From positions 23,606 through 87,605 of the forward strand of contig CAXTVK010000002.1 of NCBI GenBank assembly GCA_964247655.1: a DNA stretch of 64,000 bases, read 5' to 3'. This stretch comes from an uncultured Sphingomonadaceae bacterium (GTDB taxonomy: Bacteria; Pseudomonadota; Alphaproteobacteria; Sphingomonadales; Sphingomonadaceae). Below the pieces are notes generated by a model. The model was not told the origin of the DNA and searched no databases. It saw nothing but the letters and a program-made list of their open reading frames with translations. This document shows, in pieces, positions 19,911 to 30,109 of this stretch (positions within the stretch are counted from its first letter, which is position 1; every line of letters starts with the position of its first letter). The position numbers were made by a program, and so were the translations under genes.

Positions 19911-21017
19911 CTATTTCTGCGGTGCATTGATCGGTAACCATCGACCGGATGCCAAGCGGTGTTGTAGTTCCCTGTTCTCAATTCGCGCTTTCGCCAGTTC
20001 GCGTTCCGCGTTTTGCAACGCCGTTGCTAGTGCCGCTGCAAACGCGTCGATCTCGCTGGCGTCAGGTTCGATAACATCGGGGGTGACGACGGTCCGCTCT
20101 CGATAAGAAGCTGAATCCCACCAACGCCGATCCGCCAGCATCGCCGATTGCTCGTCAGGCGTCAGCATGGCGAGCAAGTTCTCGTTCTCGGGGCGGCATT
20201 GCTCGATGAACGAAGCGACATAGTCAATTGGCAGGATCCAAGGGGCAGGCTCTGACCATGCGCCCAGTGCACGTTCGAGGACGAAGTCAATCTCCGAGCT
20301 GTGCATGGTGGGACGAAGTTGACGATGCCGTTGCAAGAAACGGAGCGCGACGCCCGGTAGCGAACGGTTGGAACGCCCGGTTTTTTCATAGTCGCAATTG
20401 AGCGCGTCGAAGAAGCTGCCCACGATGTCGTTCGACAATAGATGCGGACGAACCGATGTCACGCCGCGGGTGGCCGACCAGGATCGAAGGAACCGGCCCC
20501 ACGCGCAGGTGTTGCCGAACCCTGAGAGATAGAGCCACGTCTCGAAATCCACTTGGGTCCAGGCCGACCATTGCCACCAGCTGGCGTTTAGGAAGTCGGG
20601 CTGGGGCCTGACGAAGGCGACCACCTCACAGTCGAATCCGATATGGGCGAGAAGACCCAGTTTCTCGAATATGTCGGCCGCGTCGATCCAGGACTCGCAG
20701 GACAGTATCACACTGCCATCTTCGAGCATGTCACCGAGGCGGCCCGCGAGCGATGCGATCAGCGACGGATCAAGGCTGGCTATCTGCGTTGCATCAGCGG
20801 AGATGATGTGACCACTCGGCAGCGCCGCGGTGCGCCTGAGAAGTGCATCGCCCGATAATAACTCGCCGTCGTTCATGATCGCGGCGTACCGAAAGCGGTG
20901 GCCCCCACGAGATACGAATATCGGCCGTTGCGATAAGGCGGTCTGCAACGAGGAACTCGCGCATTTCGGCGCCCCGACATGTAAGATCAGCCGACTGTCG
21001 TTCATATTCGTCCACAT
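19911..21017 (-). CDS. Sulfotransferase-like P-loop protein of the polysaccharide-associated type
   Basis: LILHVGAPKCASSSLQ (5'-PSB-like), VILSCE, FVRPQPDFLNASWWQ; C-terminal coiled coil. Confidence 0.65.
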   Translation of the reverse strand: MWTNMNDSRLILHVGAPKCASSSLQTALSQRPIFVSRGGHRFRYAAIMNDGELLSGDALLRRTAALPSGHIISADATQIASLDPSLIASLAGRLGDMLEDGSVILSCESWIDAADIFEKLGLLAHIGFDCEVVAFVRPQPDFLNASWWQWSAWTQVDFETWLYLSGFGNTCAWGRFLRSWSATRGVTSVRPHLLSNDIVGSFFDALNCDYEKTGRSNRSLPGVALRFLQRHRQLRPTMHSSEIDFVLERALGAWSEPAPWILPIDYVASFIEQCRPENENLLAMLTPDEQSAMLADRRWWDSASYRERTVVTPDVIEPDASEIDAFAAALATALQNAERELAKARIENRELQHRLASGRWLPINAPQK

Positions 21018-21220
21018 CTGCGCGGATCGATCGTCCGCAAATCCTGTGTTGCTGCGCCAGCCTGTCGATAACAGCCAATCGTTCCACTAATGGGGAGACG
21101 CCGACAAGCGCTTATCGACGGTCAGCGCGAATGGTCCTGCTCTCGCGCTATCCGCCCGAATTCTGCATGAGGAATAGCAGCGCATTTTTTGATCTCGCCG
21201 GATCGGACGCCAGAACCACT

Positions 21221-22357
21221 TCAAAAGCCTTGGCCTGGCAGAACCGCCATTACCGATCCGGCATAATCCGCCCAATTGTGCAACGGCCGCTGGATTGCTT
21301 CGGCGGCCAGCGCCTCCACGAAATGTCGCTCTCGGTCCAACCGACAGATCGCTTGGAAGATTGCATCCTCGTCCATCATATTGATCAATAACGTTCCGCC
21401 ACCGGGCCCTATTTCCGCCATCGACGATCCGGAATGACACACGCACGGCGTCGCCATCCACAGGCTCTCCAAGATTGGCATGCCGAACCCTTCCTCGCAT
21501 GACGGATAGATGCTGACGTCGTGTGACTCGTACAGCGAGACAAGCGTGGTGGTATCGACCCAATCCAATATCGTTACATTGTCCATTCCGGCCGCAAGCA
21601 TTTCGACTTCGGCGATATAGTCGACATTCAAGCCCCGCCAGCCCGAGATGGTCAGCGCGATCCTTCGCCCGGTCGTCCCCTGGGCGCGTTTCAACGCCCG
21701 AAGGAGACGCGGCAGGTTCTTGCGCGGCTCCCATGTCGATACCGTCAGCAACTTGAGTTCGTCGGCCTTGCCCGGTCTTGCAGTTAGCCTGCGGTCGCTC
21801 GCCGCCAACTGAGCCGGCAACGGGATAACGATGACTGCGGGAGCAATGAGATCATTCGCCGCCATATAGTCTCGAAAATCGGCCGCGACATAGTTCGTCG
21901 TGGCCAGGACCAGATCGGCATCGGCGAACATCCTATAATATCGCCGGAATATGGCGAGCAGTTTGGTACTGTAACATTCAGGGTACTTGATCGGTATCAT
22001 GTCATGTACGATCGCTGCTACTTGCAGGCCCAGAGATTTGCCGATCTGCACCGGGTCCAGTCCGTCGGACAGTAGGGTATCAGTTATTTCAGGCACCAGC
22101 AGCCAATCGCCTCGCAGGGCGGAAGGCTTTGAGCGCGTCCAGTCGCCATACCCGCCTTCATTAGCCGAGGAGCAAAGCCGCGGCCGGCATTGAGACCAGT
22201 CCCAACGGACATCGACGAGGTCGATGCCCGCGTCCCGCAGTCCTCGCGCCAATTGGCGCACGACCCGCTGTATGCCGGTCTCAATCGTGCAATCGCTGGT
22301 ATTCTCGCTCCAGTACAACATCGACGGATGATCCCGGGCATCGGTGACGAGCCGCAA
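21221..22357 (-). CDS. Glycosyltransferase family 4 (GT-B)
   Basis: TGIQRVVR, VHDMIP, STWEPRKN, PSCEEGFGMPILES. Confidence 0.9.
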   Translation of the reverse strand: MRLVTDARDHPSMLYWSENTSDCTIETGIQRVVRQLARGLRDAGIDLVDVRWDWSQCRPRLCSSANEGGYGDWTRSKPSALRGDWLLVPEITDTLLSDGLDPVQIGKSLGLQVAAIVHDMIPIKYPECYSTKLLAIFRRYYRMFADADLVLATTNYVAADFRDYMAANDLIAPAVIVIPLPAQLAASDRRLTARPGKADELKLLTVSTWEPRKNLPRLLRALKRAQGTTGRRIALTISGWRGLNVDYIAEVEMLAAGMDNVTILDWVDTTTLVSLYESHDVSIYPSCEEGFGMPILESLWMATPCVCHSGSSMAEIGPGGGTLLINMMDEDAIFQAICRLDRERHFVEALAAEAIQRPLHNWADYAGSVMAVLPGQGF

Positions 22358-22385
22358 ATGGGGTCAGCTTTGCATCGAGGATCGG

Positions 22386-23879
22386 TTACGCAGCGGACGC
22401 TGATGATCGAGCGACGCGCGTCTCTGCGCACGAAGGCGACAAGCCTACGCCGCTATTCGAAGGCGGCGTCCACCGTGGTAGCAGCGGCGCCAGGAAGCCG
22501 ATCTGCACGATGACGATGTCCCGGCACCCTTCCCACAGCTTGGCAGGAAGCCGCGCCCGCTCCGCGGTCCAGCGGCGCGTCCCGTCCTCCTCGATACGGT
22601 GAAAGCCCGTGCAGAGCATGCGGTCGTCCAGGGCGACCTGCCGATGCACGCCGAGGCCGTCGCTGATCGACAGCGCGTCCAGCCGCACGCCGAGGCGCCG
22701 ATGATCGGGAATGTCCATCACCTGATAGGGGACCGAGGTCTCCGAGACGAGCCAGACGTCGTTCGCGTCGGCGGGCAAGATGAACCGCGCCTTCTGACCG
22801 TCGAAGGCGGGGTGGACGACGACGTCGTCCGCGACGATGTGCATGGTCGGTTCGACGACCGCGTCCAGCGTCCATCCGAGCGCCAACGCGCGCGACTTCA
22901 CCGCTTGCCGGACAGCCTGAACGACCGGCCCGTCCGCGAAAAAGGGACGGCAGTACTCCGCGGTCGTCCGGCCAGGACCGTCCGGGGCGATGTGGCTGTC
23001 ACTGCTGGTGAAAAACGATCGGTTGCCGACATCGGCGTAGCTTTCGGCGGGCAAAGCATTAGCTAGCAGGATGTCGTGGTCGGGCAGTTCGACATGCCAA
23101 TAGGTGACCTTGTCGACCTCGACCTGCGCGATCGTGCCGCCGTTGACCAGCGCGGCCGCTGGTATCAGCGCGCCGTCGTCCATGAAAGGAACCCATATGG
23201 CATGCCCTGGCGAGACGAACAGGTCGCGATCTGGCTTGCCCTCGCCGAAGGCCTCAGCGCTGATGCGGATCGGCCAAGCGGCGGTCGGATCGAAGCAGCG
23301 GTCACATCGCACCGTGTGATGACCGATCCATTGGATAGCGACTTCTTCGCCTGACGCCGTCAGAACCGTCTCGCCCGTAGCAAGATCTTCGACCGCGACA
23401 TCGCCTCGTGGCGTGCGGATCAATGTGCCTGTGGAGAAGCACGGTACCACTCCATCCAACTGCGAGATGTTGAAATCATTTCGCGAGTCAAAGCTGAAAA
23501 CGGTAGGAGAAACAGAGTTTGGATCGAATGGCTGAGCATGCAAAAAAAGGCTGGGGGTGCCATCTGACGATCCAATAACTAGAAATTGCCCGGTAGGATC
23601 CGCGCCAAGTATTTGACCTTGAGTTACGTATGTGCCTATATTATAGTCGAGATCAGTTTGAGTTATTTGCAATGATCCGGTATTTGGATCGAGCACGGTT
23701 ATCGTCTCTGTGCCCGAGTATCCATGATTAGCGTCTTGCAAGACGTATCCAGAATATACCGTCTGCCCGTCTATAATCTGCGAGGTACCAGTACTTAGCT
23801 CACCCCTGGCGAAGCTGACGCCCGAGCCGAACTGAAACGTCTTGCCGTCGATAGCCGCGGCCTCGGTACTGATCGACAT
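22386..23879 (-). CDS. Hint (Hedgehog/intein-like, BIL) domain protein
   Basis: PCFSTGTLIRTPRGDVAVEDL..VSPGHA..YWHVELPDHDILLANALPAESY; AT-richer N-terminal beta-rich passenger; C-terminal domain with RRLGV..GFH..RWT. Confidence 0.9.
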   Translation of the reverse strand: MSISTEAAAIDGKTFQFGSGVSFARGELSTGTSQIIDGQTVYSGYVLQDANHGYSGTETITVLDPNTGSLQITQTDLDYNIGTYVTQGQILGADPTGQFLVIGSSDGTPSLFLHAQPFDPNSVSPTVFSFDSRNDFNISQLDGVVPCFSTGTLIRTPRGDVAVEDLATGETVLTASGEEVAIQWIGHHTVRCDRCFDPTAAWPIRISAEAFGEGKPDRDLFVSPGHAIWVPFMDDGALIPAAALVNGGTIAQVEVDKVTYWHVELPDHDILLANALPAESYADVGNRSFFTSSDSHIAPDGPGRTTAEYCRPFFADGPVVQAVRQAVKSRALALGWTLDAVVEPTMHIVADDVVVHPAFDGQKARFILPADANDVWLVSETSVPYQVMDIPDHRRLGVRLDALSISDGLGVHRQVALDDRMLCTGFHRIEEDGTRRWTAERARLPAKLWEGCRDIVIVQIGFLAPLLPRWTPPSNSGVGLSPSCAETRVARSSASAA

Positions 23880-23900
23880 CCAACATCCCTTTCGAGCCAA

Positions 23901-24371
23901 TTATACGGGCGACCTCGCCTTCAGCGATTCCGTCGGACCCTTTTTCTCTTGTCGCACAGTGATTAGAACGGCCGCAAGTCGGCGGTGACGAACATGGAAG
24001 ATAGTGCGGCACCGCCCTCTCGCCCATCGCATCATGGACGACTCCAGATCGGGCTCGGCCGACCCGGTCGGCTGCTGATTGCCGATTGGCCACGAAGCGC
24101 CGTCCGTCTGCCGAGCCCAGCCGCTGCGGTCTCGGCAACCAAGCATCCAGATGTCGCCGTCGGGGAGAAGCATGCCGGCCGCCAGCACATCCATCGTCGC
24201 CTGGAGCTTCAGCGCCGCCTCGACCGGCTTCCACTCGAAGCGGTCCTTGCTCGCCGCCCACCAATCCTCGAATGCGAACATGTGACGGACGTTCGCCCGC
24301 ATATAAGCGCTGACGCAGATCGACTGCCGACGCCCATCGTTCATCTCCTCCCGCCTGCGATCTGGGGTCAC
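23901..24371 (-). CDS. Hypothetical protein or fragment
   Basis: ORF between the isopeptidase and Hint genes; only the N-terminal half looks protein-like. Confidence 0.3.
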   Translation of the reverse strand: MTPDRRREEMNDGRRQSICVSAYMRANVRHMFAFEDWWAASKDRFEWKPVEAALKLQATMDVLAAGMLLPDGDIWMLGCRDRSGWARQTDGASWPIGNQQPTGSAEPDLESSMMRWARGRCRTIFHVRHRRLAAVLITVRQEKKGPTESLKARSPV

Positions 24372-24452
24372 GCCAGAAAGCCTGTCAGGAAAGCAGCGAA
24401 TGCCACTTGCAGAGGGAGAACCGGCGCATCGTCGATCGGTGCGACGAGCCGG

Positions 24453-26894
24453 TCATCGGCATCGTCTCGCTGCGAAACGTGCGTCGAGCCAAGTGAAAAT
24501 CCGGCGATATTGGTCGGCGATATTCGCAGGGCTGGCGATCACATGACCCTCGCCCCAGTAGCGCACGAGCGTGACCGGGCGGCCAAGGCGCACCAGAGAG
24601 GAATATAGACTTTCCGACTGCGCCATCGGCACATAATCGAGATCGCCCGACACTAGCAGAAGCGGGGTGTGGATACGGTCCAGGCTGAAGAACGGACTGT
24701 GGTTGAGATAGCGCGCCGGGTTGCGCCAGGGCGGTGCCATCATGCCGTCCTGGCCGGCCTCCGTCATGCCGATCTGGCCGGCGTAGATCGAGCTCTGATC
24801 GAGCCCCAGCCTGTCGCCGGGCGGCGGAACGCCGTAGCTTGAAATGAAGTTGGAGGGCGCATTCGCCGCGACGATGCCGCAATAGCGCGTGGTCGAGGAT
24901 GCGACGACGAGCGCGCCGTAGCCGCCATAGCTGTGCCCGTAGAGCGCTATCCGTCTGGGATCGACATGTCCGCTCGCAACCGCCGCATCGACCGCGGCGC
25001 CGATATCGTCGACAATTGCATGCGGATCGGGGTTTGACGCAGCGACATAGGGAATGCTCGGCAGCAGGACGGCATAGCCTTGGCCCGCGAGCAGCGGCGC
25101 GCTGTTGGTGGGCGCCAGCGTCTCGGGGTCAAAGCTACCCGGTCGCAGCGCGTCATAGGTTTCCCCGGGATAGGGCATCACGACGAGCGGCGGCCGCGCG
25201 CCATGTCGCCTGTGCGGCGGCAGGAGTAACCAATCGGCGTAGGCGCGGCCGTCCGACGCACGCGCGGTCAAGCGGATCATGTGCGGCTGATCGACGGCGG
25301 CGAGGCCTGCGTTGATCGTGTCGATCGCGCGGGGCGATCGGCCTTGCCGCAGAACGTACAGCGTGCCGACACCGCTTCGCGCCGTCGACAGGACCAGCGC
25401 GGCATGCCGTTGTAGCGAGACGGCAAGCACGGTCGAGCGCGCGGCCGCCGGCAGATCGAGCTGCGCTGCTCGATCGGCGGCAAGTCGCACGCGCGACCGA
25501 GGACCGTTCGCGGTCACCACGGCGGGCGCGGCATCGTAGGCGGCATCGGCCGCAGCGCGGCTGCCCTGCCGGCCGTCGTCTGCCGCAACGCCGAGCGAGA
25601 CCACGTCGCCGCCGAGCGAGCGCCAGCGTCCGGCGGTATCCAGCACCGTCAACTGTCGCCCGGACAGACGATAGGCGGCCGTGCCGTCGGCCAAGTGCGT
25701 GAGGACGCCGTCGTCGCCCCGGATCAGGAGGCGGCGTCCGTGATCGCTCAGCACGCGCCATCTTGTTGTTCCCGCAGCATCGGTCACCCGGGCAATTATG
25801 TCCCTACCCAACCAGAATGCATGGACGTCGGGCGTCTGAGACCGCAGAGCCCTGCGCGCGGGCGGCTCGATCACGCCGAGGCCGTGAAGCGTCGCGTCGG
25901 CCGCTGCGATGCGGACGAGCTGGCCTTGCTGCCATGCCGCCCGGTCGCTCCGCCGGTAGGCCAGAAGGCTGCTATCGTCCGGCGACCAGGCCAGCAGATC
26001 GGGCAGGAAATCGCCGTTCAATCGTCGCCATGCAGGCGGCCGGTCACCAAGCATGCCGATGAGCAGGCGGTGGCGCCGGTCGACATAGTCGACCGCGATG
26101 GGCAGATCGGCAGGCGGCGTGACCGCCTCGCCGACGGTGAGGACCGCCAGGCGCCGGTGGTCGCCGGATACCGCGACGTCGTAGATCGCGGTGTGATCGA
26201 GCAGCGTCACGCGCGCGCCCGTGCGGACGTCGATGCGTTCGAGCCGGTTGAGCGGGCGCTGCGCGAGCGCTGTTTCGTCGCTGTCGCTGGTCACGCTGCC
26301 CGTTGGTCGCAGCCCCCGGCGCTGCGCGCGCCACCGCTCGGCGACACCGCGCTGGTAGGCGTTGCCGAACAACAGCATCCACGGCAGCTGCGGTTTGACG
26401 AACGTCGAGACGAGCAGATGTGCGCTGTCGATCCAAACCGGCATGGGCCGCGCCAGCGGAAGATCGGGCGCGATGTCGAACCAGCGGACATGGCGATCCG
26501 CCAGGGTGACGACGCCAAGCGCCAGACGATGATCTTTCAGGCGCAATAGCGCGGCGCGGCGTCCGTCGGGCGATGGGGCAGCGATCAGATAGCCGACGCC
26601 GCGCGATTGGTTGAACAACGCCCGGGGACCCCCCGGGTGCGCAAAGTCGACGACGAAGATATTGGACAGCGACCAGCGCGAGAAATAGCCGTAATCATAA
26701 GCGCCGCCATCGTCATAGCGCCGACGTCGTTCGAGCAGCACGAAGCGTCCGCCCGGAAGGGTAACCGCATCGCCATACGCTTGCAGCGAGAGCATGGTCT
26801 GGGTGTCGTAGGCGCGCGCCGCAGCGAGGTCGGCATGCGTAAGGGACGCCAGCAAGACGGCCAGCAGGCCGACTCGGCGCAGGATCCGTAACAT
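24453..26894 (-). CDS. Lasso peptide isopeptidase (AtxE2-like, S9 prolyl oligopeptidase family)
   Basis: Signal peptide, beta-propeller region, GHSYGG (Ser), GDLDYV (Asp), GEGHVI (His); lasso-cluster context. Confidence 0.88.
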   Translation of the reverse strand: MLRILRRVGLLAVLLASLTHADLAAARAYDTQTMLSLQAYGDAVTLPGGRFVLLERRRRYDDGGAYDYGYFSRWSLSNIFVVDFAHPGGPRALFNQSRGVGYLIAAPSPDGRRAALLRLKDHRLALGVVTLADRHVRWFDIAPDLPLARPMPVWIDSAHLLVSTFVKPQLPWMLLFGNAYQRGVAERWRAQRRGLRPTGSVTSDSDETALAQRPLNRLERIDVRTGARVTLLDHTAIYDVAVSGDHRRLAVLTVGEAVTPPADLPIAVDYVDRRHRLLIGMLGDRPPAWRRLNGDFLPDLLAWSPDDSSLLAYRRSDRAAWQQGQLVRIAAADATLHGLGVIEPPARRALRSQTPDVHAFWLGRDIIARVTDAAGTTRWRVLSDHGRRLLIRGDDGVLTHLADGTAAYRLSGRQLTVLDTAGRWRSLGGDVVSLGVAADDGRQGSRAAADAAYDAAPAVVTANGPRSRVRLAADRAAQLDLPAAARSTVLAVSLQRHAALVLSTARSGVGTLYVLRQGRSPRAIDTINAGLAAVDQPHMIRLTARASDGRAYADWLLLPPHRRHGARPPLVVMPYPGETYDALRPGSFDPETLAPTNSAPLLAGQGYAVLLPSIPYVAASNPDPHAIVDDIGAAVDAAVASGHVDPRRIALYGHSYGGYGALVVASSTTRYCGIVAANAPSNFISSYGVPPPGDRLGLDQSSIYAGQIGMTEAGQDGMMAPPWRNPARYLNHSPFFSLDRIHTPLLLVSGDLDYVPMAQSESLYSSLVRLGRPVTLVRYWGEGHVIASPANIADQYRRIFTWLDARFAARRCR

Positions 26895-26937
26895 CGATGG
26901 TTACTCGCACAAGACAAGGCGCTGGAAGGCGATCCGG

Positions 26938-29900
26938 CTACCAGCGCTCGCTCAGCGCCAGCGAGACGGTGCGTCCCGCCACCGTGGCGGTCGCCGCATC
27001 ATAGCCGTAACCGGTCGCGCGGTCGGCGAACGGCGGACGCTGATCGAGAAGGTTGATGACGCTGAACGAGGCGCTGAGACCCTTGGCGTCGCGGTCCTGC
27101 GATCGGTACGCGATCTGCCCGTCGAGCGTGAACCAGGCAGCGACCCTGGGGTGGACGAGGCTGGTCTCGTCATGCTCGCGCGACACGAAATTGCCCGCGA
27201 TATTGGTGTCGAACCGTCCGCGCGTCCAGTCGACCGATCCCCGCACGCGCAGGCGCGAGGGATAGCCGACCTGCCCGGCGCGCTGCTGGACCGGCGAGGT
27301 CGGCGTCTGCTGCTGGAGATAGTCGAGCAGGTAGCTCGCCGACATCGTCAGCTGGAGCGTGCCCCGCGCGACCGGCAGATGGTAGTCGATCGCGCCGTCG
27401 AGACCGCGGACGGTGACGGCAGTCGTGTTCACCTCGCCGCCATCGACGATGTCCTGATAGGCGGTGAGCGGAAAACTCTGTGGGTCGAGCGCGCCGGGGC
27501 TTGCGAGCAGCGACTGGATCTGCGCGAGATCGGCGGCATTGGTTGCAGGCGATACCGGCTGGACGAAATCGCGTAGCGCCGGATCGGTAAGCGCGGTCAG
27601 GATCTGCTGCAACGCCGGCTGGCCGATGCGATTGGTGAAGCGCGTGCGGAAGAAGTCTGCCGACAGGTGGAGACCGGGTATGAACGCAGGCAGAATGTCG
27701 CCGCCGATGCTGAGCGACCGGGCACGTTCGGGACGCAGCGCCGGATTGCCGCCGAGCAGGAACAGCACGGGGCTCGAGCCGCCGCTCTGGTTGGGCAGCG
27801 ACAGCGGTACCACCAGCTTCGGGTCGTTGAGTTCGGGAAGCGACGGCGCGCGGAACGACGTCCCCCAGCTTGCCCGCCAGCTGATCTCGGGAGCGGGCGA
27901 CCAGGCCAGGCCGATCTTGGGATTGGAGGTCGAGCCGAAATCGCTGTACCGCTCGTAGCGCGCGGCCAGCGACACATCGAGCCTGCGGATGAAGGGCAGG
28001 GCGTTGCCCGGTCCGACGAGCGGGATCTCGAGTTCGGCGAACACCGCTTTCACATCGCGGTGGGCGCCGGTATCGGGATTGGCAGTCGGCGTCGTTCCCG
28101 AGGAGAAATCGGTGCCGCTGCTTGCCAGACCGTCGCGTCGGAATTCGCCGCCGACCGCCATCTTGACGCTGCCGCCGGGCAGGCGGAACAGCGGCCCGTC
28201 CGCCTTGATATTGGCGGTATCGAGCGTGCTCCGAATGCGGTTGGTCGAATAGCCCTGGCGGATGAAGTCGAGGACGGCGGAACTGTTGGCCTGGCCGTCG
28301 CCGAACGGATTGAAGAAGCCGTCGACCGCTGTGCTGAAGCCTGTGGACGGATCGTCCGGGGTGTTACCGAGCGCCTCGGCGAGCAGTGTCTCGTTGACCA
28401 GGTTCGAATAATGGACCCGGCTGTGCTCGAAGCCGTGCGTGCCGTAGAGGTCGATCTGCCACCCGCCGCCGGGCGTCACCTTGGTGCCGAGCGTTCCGCT
28501 GGCCGAGGTCACGCGGCCGTTGACGCGCTGCGGGCCGATATCCCTGTCAAACGAATAGGCGACGAGCTCGTACGGATTACCCTGCGGGCTGACATAGGCC
28601 GGATTGGCGGGCGTGACCAAGAGCGCGGATACATAGGCGGGGCCGCGATAGCCGAACCGGCGCTGGGAGAAACGGCCTTCGGCATAGACATCGACCCCGG
28701 TCGCGAGCGTCTGGCTACCGGTTGCATAGAGCGCGTGGCGATGTTCACGTGGCGCGATATCCTGGTCGCTATTGGCGTTCTGTAGATTTTCGCCAGGACG
28801 GAACGTGGCGGCGGGGGGATGGCCGCCGCTGCTCGGCGGTATCGCGTAGGTCGGCGTGATCGCGCCGGTGAGCGGGTCGACACCGAGCAGCGTGCCCGGG
28901 GACGCGTAATATGATCGCCAATCAGTGCCGCCGAGCGGCCGCAGATCGTCCGAGCGCGTCGCCTTGCGGTCGGCGGCGGGAAGCCGTGCGATGCTGTCAT
29001 ATTCATAGGCGAGCAGCGCATGGCCGCTGCCCCAATGTTTACCGAAGGTTTCGCTCAGCTGGAGATGGCCAAGGCCGCCCTGGGTCGCCGATCCCCCGGT
29101 CAGCCGTGTCTCGTTGCCCTCGAAGTCCGAGCGCAGGATGATGTTGACGACGCCGCCCACGGCATCGGCACCATAGAGTGCCGAGGCGCCGTCGGTCAGC
29201 ACTTCGATACGCTCGACGGCGGCTAGGGGAAGCATCGACACGTCGACGAAGTCGCCGCTTCCGCCCGAGCCCGAAACGCGCCGGCCGTTGACGAGCGTCA
29301 ATGTGGCGTCCGCGCCGAGACCGCGCAGATTGGGCGCGGTGGAGAGCGTCGGATTGGTGCCGCTTCTGTCGACCCCGGTGATCAGCGATTCCTGCGTACC
29401 TTGACCGCCGAAATTCTGCGGCAGGGTCTGCAGGATCGACGCGATGCTGGTGCGGCCCGAGCGCTCGATGTCGCGCCGCCCGATCGTCGTCAGCGGCGAG
29501 GTGGGATTTGCGGCACCGCGGATGTTGGACCCCGTGACGACGATGTCCTGCGATGCCGGCGCAGCCGCCGCGTCGTCGGGCACCGGCGGCACGCTGGTGT
29601 CTGTGCCGCGCGAGGCGGTTACGCCGGACGCGCGCTCGGATACCATATCGCGTCCCGAGAGGTGTTCGAGGACCGATGGTCTCGTGACGACGAATGCATT
29701 GGCCGAAATCTGACGGATGGTGAGACCCGACCCTTCAAGCAGCCGCCGGAGCGCCGCATCGGCGTCGAGCGTGCCGACAAGCGTCGGTGCGCGGAGCCCA
29801 TCGACGAGCCGCGACCGGTAGAGCAGCTGACGGCCGGTGGTGCGCGCATAGCTCTCCAGCGCAGCGCCGAGCGATCCGTTGGAAATGTTGAATGCGAAGG

Positions 29901-30006
29901 TCGGCGCCGCGGCGTGCAGGCACGGCGCGATGCAGCCGATCACAATGCCCAATCCGACGCTTCGCAACAGCTGCGCTCTGCCCGAACTTCTACCGATCTT
30001 TCGCAT
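26938..30006 (-). CDS. TonB-dependent receptor with N-terminal signalling (STN) domain
   Basis: FNISNGSLGAALE..RQLLY..ALRRLL STN domain; IVVTGS TonB box; NLRGLG, DGASALYGADAVGGVVN plug; C-terminal Trp. Confidence 0.95.
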   Translation of the reverse strand: MRKIGRSSGRAQLLRSVGLGIVIGCIAPCLHAAAPTFAFNISNGSLGAALESYARTTGRQLLYRSRLVDGLRAPTLVGTLDADAALRRLLEGSGLTIRQISANAFVVTRPSVLEHLSGRDMVSERASGVTASRGTDTSVPPVPDDAAAAPASQDIVVTGSNIRGAANPTSPLTTIGRRDIERSGRTSIASILQTLPQNFGGQGTQESLITGVDRSGTNPTLSTAPNLRGLGADATLTLVNGRRVSGSGGSGDFVDVSMLPLAAVERIEVLTDGASALYGADAVGGVVNIILRSDFEGNETRLTGGSATQGGLGHLQLSETFGKHWGSGHALLAYEYDSIARLPAADRKATRSDDLRPLGGTDWRSYYASPGTLLGVDPLTGAITPTYAIPPSSGGHPPAATFRPGENLQNANSDQDIAPREHRHALYATGSQTLATGVDVYAEGRFSQRRFGYRGPAYVSALLVTPANPAYVSPQGNPYELVAYSFDRDIGPQRVNGRVTSASGTLGTKVTPGGGWQIDLYGTHGFEHSRVHYSNLVNETLLAEALGNTPDDPSTGFSTAVDGFFNPFGDGQANSSAVLDFIRQGYSTNRIRSTLDTANIKADGPLFRLPGGSVKMAVGGEFRRDGLASSGTDFSSGTTPTANPDTGAHRDVKAVFAELEIPLVGPGNALPFIRRLDVSLAARYERYSDFGSTSNPKIGLAWSPAPEISWRASWGTSFRAPSLPELNDPKLVVPLSLPNQSGGSSPVLFLLGGNPALRPERARSLSIGGDILPAFIPGLHLSADFFRTRFTNRIGQPALQQILTALTDPALRDFVQPVSPATNAADLAQIQSLLASPGALDPQSFPLTAYQDIVDGGEVNTTAVTVRGLDGAIDYHLPVARGTLQLTMSASYLLDYLQQQTPTSPVQQRAGQVGYPSRLRVRGSVDWTRGRFDTNIAGNFVSREHDETSLVHPRVAAWFTLDGQIAYRSQDRDAKGLSASFSVINLLDQRPPFADRATGYGYDAATATVAGRTVSLALSERW

Positions 30007-30109
30007 TTGCCCCCCGCCCGATAAAAGCGGTCCTTCTTGCGGTCCGCTCCACCGAGTAACGCTGGCAGTCATGCCCGACCCTAAGTCGGGCGGGCGGCCT
30101 TCCACCGAA

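Noticed and set aside
30054-30084. TTAGGG(T/G)CG shared upstream of the TBDT and fecR as an ECF promoter
   Set aside because: Two instances only, -10 elements do not agree, and the second overlaps the fecI stop and RBS.
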